From sequence record LR745208.1: a stretch of DNA of 64,000 nt; one strand, 5' to 3'. Shown one piece after another: positions 33,714 to 42,505 of the stretch (position 1 is its first letter; each line of letters begins with the position of its first letter). The position numbers were made by a program, and so were the translations under genes. The notes under the pieces were generated by a model. It made no database searches, was not told where the DNA came from, and was given only the letters and a program-made list of their open reading frames with translations.

Positions 33714-34511
33714 TCAGGTGAGCACGGTTGTGGTGGTGGAAGTCTTCATGCCCTTGGCAACCATGTCCCGCATGAAGTCCTCTCCGTACTTCTCGAACGA
33801 AGTGACGTTTGAGCTCGCATCGGTCAAAAACACGATCTTTTCCACATACTTAGGGTCCGAGAAGGAGGAAATTACGTCCCTAACGGAATTTGCTACGCAG
33901 TGACTGAGGGCCTCACCTGCCAGCAGGATGAAGTCCGCCTCCTCCAGGGTCCGAATCAAACCAACGTTGATCTGGGTTGAGGGGTCCTCAGGATCTGGCA
34001 CCTCAGCCTGAACAGCCGAGAAGTGCTCGGTCCAGGGGTTGCTACCCTTGGTCACGAAGTCCGCCATCCCGTACCGCTTGGCCTCCCACTCGTGGATTGC
34101 CTCCGAGAGTTCTGGGGCGATATTGTGCCCCTCGTCCCCAATCAGGCAGTGCTCCGGCCAGATGACGTGGGGGTATCGCTTGCCCGTCTCCAGAGCCTTG
34201 AGATACGCGAGGCTGCGCTTGTAGGCGCCGGGCTGTGTCGTGGTCCAGAGACCGTTCACCATGTCCGAGACTGAAATCATCGTGAACGGCGACGGGTGCT
34301 TGCCCGAGCTGTCACGCCACCACATCGGGTGGCTAATGTCCACCTTGCGGTGGCTGTCCAGGGTGACGTGGATGTCGTTGAGCTTCCCGGACAGCCGCTT
34401 GACCATCAGGGCCAACCGGGACATGTCCTTATCGGCACCCTGAACAAACAGGGAACCCTTGGGGGAACAGAAATCCTGCTGAGGGTCGATTACGAGTAGG
34501 TGCGCCTTCAT
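33714..34511 (-). CDS. nicotinamidase/isochorismatase-family cysteine hydrolase
   Basis: IDPQQDF, D.H...H, WPEHC, KG and GEALSHCV motifs. Confidence 0.88.
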   Translation of the reverse strand: MKAHLLVIDPQQDFCSPKGSLFVQGADKDMSRLALMVKRLSGKLNDIHVTLDSHRKVDISHPMWWRDSSGKHPSPFTMISVSDMVNGLWTTTQPGAYKRSLAYLKALETGKRYPHVIWPEHCLIGDEGHNIAPELSEAIHEWEAKRYGMADFVTKGSNPWTEHFSAVQAEVPDPEDPSTQINVGLIRTLEEADFILLAGEALSHCVANSVRDVISSFSDPKYVEKIVFLTDASSNVTSFEKYGEDFMRDMVAKGMKTSTTTTVLT

Positions 34512-34528
34512 TTTTCAATCTCCCGCCA

Positions 34529-34560
34529 AGAATTCTTAGTCTTGGTCTTGTTGTTGTCTT
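34529..34560 (-). repeat. 15-nt direct repeat in a CA-rich 5' UTR
   Basis: CAACAAGACCAAGAC twice on the minus strand, period 17. Confidence 0.8.
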
Positions 34561-34623
34561 GGTCTTGTTGTGTTTCTTACGCCGTTCGGGTCACTTTGTG
34601 GGGACCGTTCTTGGCTTGACCAG

Positions 34624-34652
34624 AGGATAGTAACGAAATGCAACTAAGTCAA
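34624..34652 (-). promoter_or_regulatory. sigma70-type promoter of the nicotinamidase/vWA operon
   Basis: TTGACT-N17-TATCCT. Confidence 0.65.
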
Positions 34653-34952
34653 GGGGTGGCTGTTCGGACGGTAGTCCTGGCAGGGAGTTCCATCCTCGGG
34701 GTCTGCCACTTGGCATTCCCAGCAACGAAACTTAGCCCCTATATGAGCTTCCCTGACATGCCCACACATGCACAGAGGTACAGGTGCCGCGTTAGGGAGG
34801 TCCGCCTCCCGCACACAGGTACACCGCTCGTCCTCACAGCACATCCCGTCGCATGGGTTACCTACAGGACAGCGACCCGCATAGATGTGCTCGGGGTGAC
34901 AGAGGGAGTCCAAGGTACATTGGGGGCAGGGACGGTAGGGACGGCCACTCAC
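34644..34952 (-). CDS. Cys-rich hypothetical protein
   Basis: 102 aa with many Cys/His; GTG start overlapping the upstream stop. Confidence 0.55.
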   Translation of the reverse strand: MSGRPYRPCPQCTLDSLCHPEHIYAGRCPVGNPCDGMCCEDERCTCVREADLPNAAPVPLCMCGHVREAHIGAKFRCWECQVADPEDGTPCQDYRPNSHPLT

Positions 34953-35119
34953 GATTCCTCGTCAGCCCCAACATCCCGCAAAAAGGTCACCCTTTTGGTT
35001 TCCAGGTCCGCCTCAATCTTCCGATGCTCCACAACGGAGGACCACATCAGCATCGCAGGGGTACCCAGACACAGGACAGGAATCAACAGGAGGAGGAAAA
35101 ACTGCGTGTCGAAAGTCAT
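34949..35119 (-). CDS. small membrane protein (56 aa)
   Basis: MTFDTQFFLLLLIPVLCLG...; coupled on both sides. Confidence 0.55.
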   Translation of the reverse strand: MTFDTQFFLLLLIPVLCLGTPAMLMWSSVVEHRKIEADLETKRVTFLRDVGADEES

Positions 35120-35877
35120 GGCCCGTCATACCGGGTGGCAGCAAGTGGGCCTTCCTCGCTGATCAACTGGCAAACAACGTCCCGCTTTCCATGGGGGGTA
35201 TTCCCCAGAACCTCCCGTATGTCTACGGGCTCCCCATCTAGGGTTGCTTGTGTGTTCACCAACCTAACCCCATGGCTGTAGTCCACATAGTGGTTGGAGT
35301 GACCTGAGTAGAGAGGCAACCCTTGGATGGGGTTACCTGCAAGGCTGAACCACCCATAGATGAAAATCCTACCCGGGTTACCGGGGATCTTCTTGGAGAG
35401 AATGATGTCCTTCTTGTGCCCAGCGGTAAGGGTCCCAAGAGGCCTCCCTAAGGCCTTTCGTTCTGCCTGTACCTTGGTGTTGATAGTCAGGTACGATGAG
35501 TTGGCAGTGTTGTCAAACTTGACATGATCTTGGGGATATGGGTGAAGCTTATTGGGGGCAGCACGCCAAATCTGTTTCACCATTTGATAGGTGGGAAGGA
35601 TACACCCCCACTGGTCCGCAATCTTCTGTGCCGTGCCAGGGTACATAGGCATCAAGACGTAGTCCTCATTGGTCCCAACAGCAAGGTAGTCTGGAGCGAC
35701 TCGATAGACCAGGGTATGAGACCTCCCGTCCGGACCTTTTCCTGCTGTGGTCACATCCACCCATGACTTGAGGAATGAGGGGTAGTCTCCCTCGGTGAAT
35801 GCCTTGAGAATTGCTTGTTCCCTCACGGTGTCTTTTACCGTGCCGAGGGCGGCCATGAATTCAGATCCCGTTGTCAT
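35116..35877 (-). CDS. conserved hypothetical protein, possible cell-envelope enzyme
   Basis: DYLAVG..EDY, AGHKKD, IYGW and H...YVDYSHG motifs; close to the endolysin. Confidence 0.7.
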   Translation of the reverse strand: MTTGSEFMAALGTVKDTVREQAILKAFTEGDYPSFLKSWVDVTTAGKGPDGRSHTLVYRVAPDYLAVGTNEDYVLMPMYPGTAQKIADQWGCILPTYQMVKQIWRAAPNKLHPYPQDHVKFDNTANSSYLTINTKVQAERKALGRPLGTLTAGHKKDIILSKKIPGNPGRIFIYGWFSLAGNPIQGLPLYSGHSNHYVDYSHGVRLVNTQATLDGEPVDIREVLGNTPHGKRDVVCQLISEEGPLAATRYDGP

Positions 35878-36248
35878 CGTTTCACCAATAGTCCTCTAAG
35901 TACTTCCGCGGCCTCTGTTGCTGACTGGATTGCTTTCGCCCCAATCAGCCCCCTAAGGTTACCCTCTACCTGTTGCTCGGGCATCCTCGTCAACAGGTGG
36001 GACCTTACCCTTGTGTAGAATGAATCCCGGTGGACCATCGTTGTGGCACGAGACAAACTGGTCATCAACATGCACACCAACAGGGTGTCACTCAGCTTCT
36101 CTGGGACTGCCTCTTGGAGCATGTTATCTACCTGTTCGTCAGTCCAATCTTCCCAGAGCTGGAGCAACAAATCCAAGGACGCATCCGTTTTGCTCTCATC
36201 CTGACTGAGTTCAATGAGTTGGTCGAGAAGGTCCAATTCAGTAACCAT
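35874..36248 (-). CDS. hypothetical helical protein
   Basis: 124 aa, coupled. Confidence 0.6.
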   Translation of the reverse strand: MVTELDLLDQLIELSQDESKTDASLDLLLQLWEDWTDEQVDNMLQEAVPEKLSDTLLVCMLMTSLSRATTMVHRDSFYTRVRSHLLTRMPEQQVEGNLRGLIGAKAIQSATEAAEVLRGLLVKR

Positions 36249-36420
36249 CTTTAGCCCAACCGCCACCATTGAGGATGAACCCCGTTTTTCCTACCAGCCT
36301 CTTGAGATCCTCCCCCTTGCACTCTTCCTGTGGGCATACCTTCAGGGGTTCTTCCGTGATCTTCTGGTCTTGCTCGAACTGGTGCCCGCACTTCGGGCAA
36401 ACGTATTCGTAAGTTGGCAT
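36238..36420 (-). CDS. FmdB-family Zn-ribbon protein
   Basis: MPTYEYVCPKCGHQFE...CP..C...LKRL....GFILNGGGWAKDGY. Confidence 0.9.
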   Translation of the reverse strand: MPTYEYVCPKCGHQFEQDQKITEEPLKVCPQEECKGEDLKRLVGKTGFILNGGGWAKDGY

Positions 36421-36486
36421 GCCACCATGTTACCCCCTTGATTGAGAGGGGCCCGAAAAATCGTCCTATCGCCGGTATCATACATC

Positions 36487-37323
36487 ATGACGAAATGGAC
36501 CGGACCCCTAGCACCTCCCCCCTCCTGGCTCGACCCCACCATGGAGATCACCGCTGCAATGGAACCCCCCAAGATGGATCGGGGAACTTTTGTCGTGCGA
36601 TGTGTGCAAGCTCTCCTGAATGAAGGATGCAACATCGATCAAGCCATAGGAGTGGCCGCCAACACTCAGAATGAAACGGGCTGGGGGCAATTCTACCACG
36701 CCTTCAACCTCGGTGGGTGGAAGATTTGGAAGTTCTCGGCCAAGAACTCTGACGGTACCCCACGTCGCTGGTGGCGAGCCCTGGGAAATAAGAGCTCGAA
36801 CGACCCCCAGACCTGTTTCTACCGGGCCTTTACCTCCCCGGAGGAATTCTTCCACGAGTGGCTCAAGACCTTCGTCCCCAAGGTGAACCCTGCCTCGAAG
36901 CCCAACGGCCGGTACTGGAAGACGGGGCAACAGTTCTGGAGCGGTGGGGACTATTTCCCAGAATTGGTGGCTGCTGGGTATAAAGGGGACGTAAGTCAAC
37001 ACAACCCTGCACCTTCCATCGCCGAACATGCCCAGATCACCAAGACCCTCACGGTCATGTGGTGCCAACACCTGCTCCTACTGACTCCCGATGGGGCGTG
37101 GGGAACGAAGTCTAAGGCGGCTTGCAAGCTGTATCAGACCAGCAAGGGCCTACCTGCCACGGGACTCCTTGATCCTGCCACGCTGGGGGTCCTCCTCCAC
37201 AGCGTTGGAGCCATGAAGACCGTAGCCTTGGTGACCCCTCTACTCGCCCTTTCTCCGGATCCTGTTCCCGCATGCTTCGATCCCCCACCAGCACTTCTCG
37301 CTTGTTTCGGCCCGCTCCCCTAA
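36487..37323 (+). CDS. endolysin: glucosaminidase/lysozyme-like domain plus peptidoglycan-binding domain
   Basis: ETGWG...NLGG.K...YRAF.S.EE, then DGAWG.KS..A...YQ..KGL.ATG.LD..T. Confidence 0.75.
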   Translation: MTKWTGPLAPPPSWLDPTMEITAAMEPPKMDRGTFVVRCVQALLNEGCNIDQAIGVAANTQNETGWGQFYHAFNLGGWKIWKFSAKNSDGTPRRWWRALGNKSSNDPQTCFYRAFTSPEEFFHEWLKTFVPKVNPASKPNGRYWKTGQQFWSGGDYFPELVAAGYKGDVSQHNPAPSIAEHAQITKTLTVMWCQHLLLLTPDGAWGTKSKAACKLYQTSKGLPATGLLDPATLGVLLHSVGAMKTVALVTPLLALSPDPVPACFDPPPALLACFGPLP

Positions 37324-37537
37324 ACCCACGACATGCCATCCTGAAAATCCCAAGTGGCATCCCGGTCCATCGGTACGTGGCGGTACCTGAACCCCTCTAC
37401 GGTTAAGCTCGAAAACACTGAGAAATCGGGGTAAATCACAATTCGACACGATTTTGATGCTTTGATAATCCCACAGCACTGTTCAAATTTCTAACAACTC
37501 CCGAGTTTCCCGGTATGACCCTGCTCATGCCTCTTGG

Positions 37538-37565
37538 TTGCGGCACACGAAGGGGGGCGTATACT
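37538..37565 (+). promoter_or_regulatory. sigma70-like promoter
   Basis: TTGCGG-N16-TATACT, followed by the near-palindrome GAGGGCATGTGCCCTC. Confidence 0.5.
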
Positions 37566-37608
37566 GATTGCGATGGACGAGGGCATGTGCCCTCACAAAC
37601 CAGGAAAC

Positions 37609-38100
37609 ATGAAAATGGACAAGAAGAACGTTGTTGTTGGGATGCAGGTCAAGTTTGGTCGCGAGGGTGGGGAGCAGACCCTTGGCAAGGTCGTCAAGAA
37701 GAATCGCAAGAAGCTGAAGATCGAGCAGCTGGAGTCGCGCGGAACCTTCAAGGCATACCCGGTGGGGACCCTCTGGACGGTGCCCGAAGAACTCGTGACC
37801 CCAGTAACACTGGAAGCAGGGATGGAAGCATCTGCCCCCGCCAAGACGGTGGACATTGCCCTGCCTCCCAAGGGCCACAAGCCCCGCACCCCCGTGAAGG
37901 CAGTGGTGCCCCCCGCCGAGGCCCCCATGCTGATCGATGTGAAGACGGGCAAGCGGTTCGTGGGACAGCCAGGGGAAACGGCGGAGATGCTGTTCGACAG
38001 GCTCAGGGCTGCAAACCCGGGAACCCCACCCTCCCCGCCTGCCCCCCCTGCACCTGCGCCGTCCCCAGCTGCGAAGCGTCGCGACATCAACCTACAGTAG
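37609..38100 (+). CDS. hypothetical protein (SH3-like N-terminus, Pro-rich tail)
   Basis: Ribosome-binding site AGGA; 163 aa. Confidence 0.7.
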   Translation: MKMDKKNVVVGMQVKFGREGGEQTLGKVVKKNRKKLKIEQLESRGTFKAYPVGTLWTVPEELVTPVTLEAGMEASAPAKTVDIALPPKGHKPRTPVKAVVPPAEAPMLIDVKTGKRFVGQPGETAEMLFDRLRAANPGTPPSPPAPPAPAPSPAAKRRDINLQ

Positions 38101-38113
38101 CCCACACCCCTCC

Positions 38114-38135
38114 TGAGGCTAGAATTCTAGCCTCA
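38114..38135. repeat. perfect 22-bp palindrome
   Basis: TGAGGCTAGAATTCTAGCCTCA. Confidence 0.95.
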
Positions 38136-38267
38136 ACTGCATAATCGACACAGCAGCCTCGAATTCTCTGGCCTCCCGGTTGCCAGACGGGGTAAGAGCC
38201 ATCACACGTTAGGGTAGTGCCAGTGCCCGGGGGCAGTTGGTGCATTCTGACCGAAAGGCGCTGTGCT

Positions 38268-38666
38268 ATGGGACCCTCAATCCGTCGTCGCATCCTTGAC
38301 TCAACCATCAAGTTCGCCCTCCAGGCTGCCCAGATGAAGGTGCCAGGACCAATGACCCTGGTCAAGACCCTGTGGCAATACAACCCGGAAGGAAAAATCC
38401 TGGTTGCCATCGATCATGTGTGCCCGGAGAAGATCAACTACTTCTTCCAGGGAATTGGGTTCTCGGTTGCTGTCTCCAACATGTTGGAGATTTTCATCCT
38501 CCCCAACCTTCTCAACAGCCCTTTTGCAATGATTGGGCGGGATCCAATGGGGGAACTGATGGAGGAGTGTCAGCCTGTCGGGTTGAGCACGGATGCCTTT
38601 GCTCCCCTGATGCTGCCGTCAGAACCCGATACCTCGCATTGCTCCGGGTGCCTCCACCTGAACTGA
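38268..38666 (+). CDS. hypothetical protein
   Basis: 132 aa. Confidence 0.6.
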   Translation: MGPSIRRRILDSTIKFALQAAQMKVPGPMTLVKTLWQYNPEGKILVAIDHVCPEKINYFFQGIGFSVAVSNMLEIFILPNLLNSPFAMIGRDPMGELMEECQPVGLSTDAFAPLMLPSEPDTSHCSGCLHLN

Positions 38667-38690
38667 GATTCACCTCGGTAGAGTACAGGC

Positions 38691-38939
38691 ATGTACTTCC
38701 CCACCACCCGCCTCGGCACCCTCAACTTCTTCCTCCTCCAATGGTTTGGCATCCGTCTGGCCGCGGTGTCGGCCATAAACATCCACATTGGTTGGCGATT
38801 TCTGTTCGGGGTGGTTCCCCTGACCGGTTGGTGGGGCTCCTACTGGGGCCCGCTGTGGCAGGGGGGCACCTTCCGTTCCAAAGCCCTTCATTGGCTGGAA
38901 CTACCGTCGACACGATCCACCCCTCAGGATGATGACTAA
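38691..38939 (+). CDS. small membrane protein
   Basis: Hydrophobic and Trp-rich; 82 aa. Confidence 0.55.
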   Translation: MYFPTTRLGTLNFFLLQWFGIRLAAVSAINIHIGWRFLFGVVPLTGWWGSYWGPLWQGGTFRSKALHWLELPSTRSTPQDDD

Positions 38940-39480
38940 GAGAGTAACAAGAACCATGGAACTCAAGACCGCCCTAGAGGAAGCACTGAAGCGATATGAA
39001 CGGGCCCACAAACTCAAGTTGGATGATGCCCTGGCCAAAATGGCCTGGAAGGCAGAAGTTGAGGCACTACTTACCCAACTCTCCTCCCCATCTGTCGAAG
39101 TTGTTGATGAAGCCCCTCCGGAACCAACGCCTGTTCGTTGGATGTGTGTCGAAGAACTCCAGGCAGAAATGGGGGTGCCAGAGCAGTTCCACACACAGGG
39201 GGAACAGCAAGCGGTCTCTCGACAGGTGTACCGCAAGATCCACAATGGCCCCCTTGCGGTCTACCACCAGCGTCAAATCTATCGGGCAGCTGGCAAGAAA
39301 GGGTCGGACCGGTATCACTACTCGGGACCCGTGCTAGACCTGATCCGGGAGGAGATCACCAAGCGAATGGAGCGTAGACGGCTCACGGTCACGGGTGAAT
39401 CCCTTCAACCCACACTTGACCCCACCATCTTCCCCACCATCACCCTGCCCTCTCATCTCAGCGTTCCCGCTAGGCCATGA
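38929..39480 (+). CDS. hypothetical protein
   Basis: 183 aa. Confidence 0.65.
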   Translation: MMTKRVTRTMELKTALEEALKRYERAHKLKLDDALAKMAWKAEVEALLTQLSSPSVEVVDEAPPEPTPVRWMCVEELQAEMGVPEQFHTQGEQQAVSRQVYRKIHNGPLAVYHQRQIYRAAGKKGSDRYHYSGPVLDLIREEITKRMERRRLTVTGESLQPTLDPTIFPTITLPSHLSVPARP

Positions 39481-39578
39481 GTATGGGGCGCCTATCAGTT
39501 CTCATCCTCATCATACTCCTTGCCCTCTATGTGGCTGTCCGTGCCCACATTGAAGATCGCAAGAAACTACAGCGATGA
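39477..39578 (+). CDS. 33-aa single-pass membrane protein
   Basis: MSMGRLSVLILIILLALYVAVRAHIEDRKKLQR; ATGA overlaps on both sides. Confidence 0.55.
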   Translation: MSMGRLSVLILIILLALYVAVRAHIEDRKKLQR

Positions 39579-39766
39579 CGCCGGAACGCAAGGCCCCCTA
39601 TCTGGCGGAACGGTTCTGTGACCATTGCGAACGGGACACCCAGCACAACTGTCGGGACAGTGACCACGAACGGGACTCCTCAGCCGACTACCAAGAGTGC
39701 TTGGTTTGCCATTGGTATTGTACGGGGATGTCTGGCGAATACCATCCTCCCCTGGGGGATGGATGA
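39575..39766 (+). CDS. small Zn-ribbon protein
   Basis: CDHC...CLVC. Confidence 0.65.
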   Translation: MTPERKAPYLAERFCDHCERDTQHNCRDSDHERDSSADYQECLVCHWYCTGMSGEYHPPLGDG

Positions 39767-40044
39767 TGTCTAAAGAGCACATTACAGAGATCCAGGGCCG
39801 TCTCAAAGCGATCAAGGTAGAAATACAAGACCGCATCAAAGGGCTCCAAGAAGAATCCAAACAGCTCAATAAGGAGCTTGATACCTTTCGGACTAAATGC
39901 CCGACCTGCCGATGCTGGCTTCTCCCCGAGGAAGAATGTGAATGCTGTGGTGAAGCCGAACTGTACCGGGACTTCCTGGACGATAGAGATGACCGCATTG
40001 GAGCCCCAATCGTCAGAGGGGCACTTCCCAAGAAGCCTACCTAA
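39763..40044 (+). CDS. coiled-coil plus Zn-finger hypothetical protein
   Basis: CPTC...CECC. Confidence 0.6.
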   Translation: MMSKEHITEIQGRLKAIKVEIQDRIKGLQEESKQLNKELDTFRTKCPTCRCWLLPEEECECCGEAELYRDFLDDRDDRIGAPIVRGALPKKPT

Positions 40045-40067
40045 CCGTTCTATCAATTGGGCCTGTT

Positions 40068-40730
40068 ATGCCCCCAACTCTCCGCTCCAGGCTCATTAGG
40101 TTGGCCCATGCCAATCCCGCCCTTCGGGCCCAATTGCTGCCCCTACTGAGGCAGGCTGGGGAGAAATCTTGGCCCCCCTTCAAAGTGGGGGATACCGTGA
40201 CCCTCCGCAGGGATATTGGTATTGGCCCAGATCGGGTACAAGTCGGGAAGGAGGGCCTACTTGCTACGGTAGTGGACGTAGCCCCAGGGAAAGCCTTCAC
40301 TCCCAATGGGCCAGATCCCTTCATTGACCGCTATACACTCCAGCTGTCCCAATCAGATAAGATCGTCACACTGACAGAGCATTTCTGGACGGATGAATTC
40401 CGAAGACTCAAGCGGCGGGACCCTATCGAGGAAGCCTTCCAACAGGTCCTAGCCGCCCTACGGGAAAAGGGACTTCTCTCTCAGTTCAAGCGGGCTCCTT
40501 CGCTACGCCGATTGGGACGCAGCCTTGTAACTCCCCCACATGGAACCCCAGTGCCACTTGAGGATGTCCAGGATGCCCTAAAGGTCCTCCACAAGGTGGA
40601 GGACAAGCATTATCAGGTCTACGTCCCCACTGGGAACACCGAGCGAGCCACCTACCTGATTACCTTGAATACAGGACTGTCTGGGCAACTGGTTCAAGGC
40701 ATGGAAATGTATTGGGCCAAGCAGACCTAA
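40068..40730 (+). CDS. hypothetical, probably virion-associated protein
   Basis: N-terminal LRSRLIRLAHANPALRAQLLPLL motif; 220 aa. Confidence 0.65.
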   Translation: MPPTLRSRLIRLAHANPALRAQLLPLLRQAGEKSWPPFKVGDTVTLRRDIGIGPDRVQVGKEGLLATVVDVAPGKAFTPNGPDPFIDRYTLQLSQSDKIVTLTEHFWTDEFRRLKRRDPIEEAFQQVLAALREKGLLSQFKRAPSLRRLGRSLVTPPHGTPVPLEDVQDALKVLHKVEDKHYQVYVPTGNTERATYLITLNTGLSGQLVQGMEMYWAKQT

Positions 40731-41305
40731 ACGGGATGGCTTAGGGAGGTTCCCGCTGACGAACTTGGTCCTACCGGGCCCACGGGAGCGACCAACCCAG
40801 TTCCAATACCGGTACTGACTATCGTCCCAATGGCATTAGCGATCCCTGTGTAAAGCCCGGGTACGGATGACCCGGTTCCCCCTTGAGGGGAGCACAGGGA
40901 GGCGTGGACCCCCTGGAGGATAGACGCGAGGGATGTAGTGTTGGCCACCGTCACGAACGTGGCATCAGTTCCTGTAGCCACGCCAGTGGATGTCCCCAGG
41001 TATGTCAGACCATTAAGAACGGTCAACCCGTTAACCAGCCCAGTGGCTAGACCTTGAACGGTTTGGCCATTGAGTCCAGCTCCTGTCAATGCTGCCAGCA
41101 CCGCTGGTAGCAACCCAGTAAAGGTCAACGTGCCCGTCACAGTCCCAGCCCCAATAACTCCTGTGGTGACCCCTGTAAGGGTCACTGTGGGCAGCCATGT
41201 GACCAAAGCATTGCCAATTGCTTGGCAGAGGATCTCATAAGTGGGACCTCCCGAAAACCCGGCCGAATGACGTAGTGATTGAGAGATGGTTGCTGGTGGG
41301 ATCAT
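40727..41305 (-). CDS. Gly/Thr-rich putative structural protein
   Basis: 192 aa with a G/T/A/V-rich composition typical of tail and baseplate proteins. Confidence 0.65.
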   Translation of the reverse strand: MIPPATISQSLRHSAGFSGGPTYEILCQAIGNALVTWLPTVTLTGVTTGVIGAGTVTGTLTFTGLLPAVLAALTGAGLNGQTVQGLATGLVNGLTVLNGLTYLGTSTGVATGTDATFVTVANTTSLASILQGVHASLCSPQGGTGSSVPGLYTGIANAIGTIVSTGIGTGLVAPVGPVGPSSSAGTSLSHPV

Positions 41306-41994
41306 GTTGGGATTGCCTCAATTTCTGGCCCCAACAAGGCTACTAGCAACAAGGGCCTGGGACCGATCACCCCGAAGATACCTCTATTCCCTTTTTTGGA
41401 ATTACAGCGCCCGCAAACGATCACCACATTGCCAGAGACTGTTGGGCCTCCCAAAGACCGAGGAATAATGTGGTCTACAGTTGCCCGACCTGTATGGGTG
41501 TTGTCAAAAGGTTTCAAGCAATAGGTGCAAATACCCAGGGATTGGTCAAAAGCTTCCTGGAGGGTGGCATGCATCTCCTCATCCGTAATATGGGCATCAC
41601 ATTGGTCCCTACGATCCCGGGATCTCTGATCCTTAGCAGCTGCTGCTACAGGGTGGTTGGCTCTCCAACGAGTCTCAGATGCGCGGGCCACAGACCTAGC
41701 CTTTTCGGGGTTGGCTGCCTTCCAAGCAAGGTCCCGTACACGAATTTCTTCTGGGTGTGCTCTTCTCCAAGCTAAATGATTCGCTTTGACTTTTCCCCTA
41801 TTCCTCCGGGCCCAATCTGTAGCCTTGGCGATAATACTCGTCTTGTTTGCCCTGTAGTAGGTTTTACGACATTCTTTGCACTCAGGTCTCAGGCCACTGG
41901 TTGCTCGCTTATCTGGACCAAATTCCACAGCTGGCTTCAAAATCCCACATTGGGAGCACAGTTTCTCCATGGGTATGGGTCCCTTTTGCTTCAT
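41302..41994 (-). CDS. HNH endonuclease
   Basis: CSQC...CKEC, CTYC and TVDHIIPRSLGG...NVVIVCGRCNSKKG. Confidence 0.9.
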   Translation of the reverse strand: MKQKGPIPMEKLCSQCGILKPAVEFGPDKRATSGLRPECKECRKTYYRANKTSIIAKATDWARRNRGKVKANHLAWRRAHPEEIRVRDLAWKAANPEKARSVARASETRWRANHPVAAAAKDQRSRDRRDQCDAHITDEEMHATLQEAFDQSLGICTYCLKPFDNTHTGRATVDHIIPRSLGGPTVSGNVVIVCGRCNSKKGNRGIFGVIGPRPLLLVALLGPEIEAIPT

Positions 41995-42004
41995 CTAACA
42001 CTCT

Positions 42005-42034
42005 ACCGTAGATCCTCGTTGATACCGTTGACAA
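42005..42034 (-). promoter_or_regulatory. sigma70-like promoter
   Basis: TTGTCA-N18-TACGGT upstream of the HNH gene. Confidence 0.4.
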
Positions 42035-42130
42035 TCTATATGCAAACTATCCCTTTTGCGAGGTTTCGCGGGTATCGGTTCCCCCACAAAAGAGTATGCA
42101 TATGAGGTTGTACTACGGTAGGGTAACGGT

Positions 42131-42505
42131 GTGAACGACGACCTCCTTGCCCTTATCCAAACCGTGACATCCCAGCTCCTGGCTATCCGGTTCAATTTTG
42201 TTTGCGAGCGAGACCTCCAGGATGGGATCGAAAAAGTCCTACGAGAACAGGGGCACACATTCTCTCGTGAATTCCGATTCGACGCCAAGGACCGAATTGA
42301 CTTCATGGTTGAAGGTGGATTGGGGCTAGAGGTCAAGATTGACCGGAACTTAGCGCAGGTGACTCGGCAGCTCCACCGCTATGCCCAGCAGTCCTCCGTC
42401 CAGGGGCTCCTGTTGGTCACCAGCCGACTGAGACTCACGAATCTTCCCGACTTCCTGAATGAGAAGCCCATTCGATCGGCATGGATATCTGGGGTCAACC
42501 TATGA
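42131..42505 (+). CDS. PD-(D/E)XK nuclease-fold protein
   Basis: E...Q...RIDF.V...LEVK...RQL.RYA. Confidence 0.7.
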   Translation: MNDDLLALIQTVTSQLLAIRFNFVCERDLQDGIEKVLREQGHTFSREFRFDAKDRIDFMVEGGLGLEVKIDRNLAQVTRQLHRYAQQSSVQGLLLVTSRLRLTNLPDFLNEKPIRSAWISGVNL

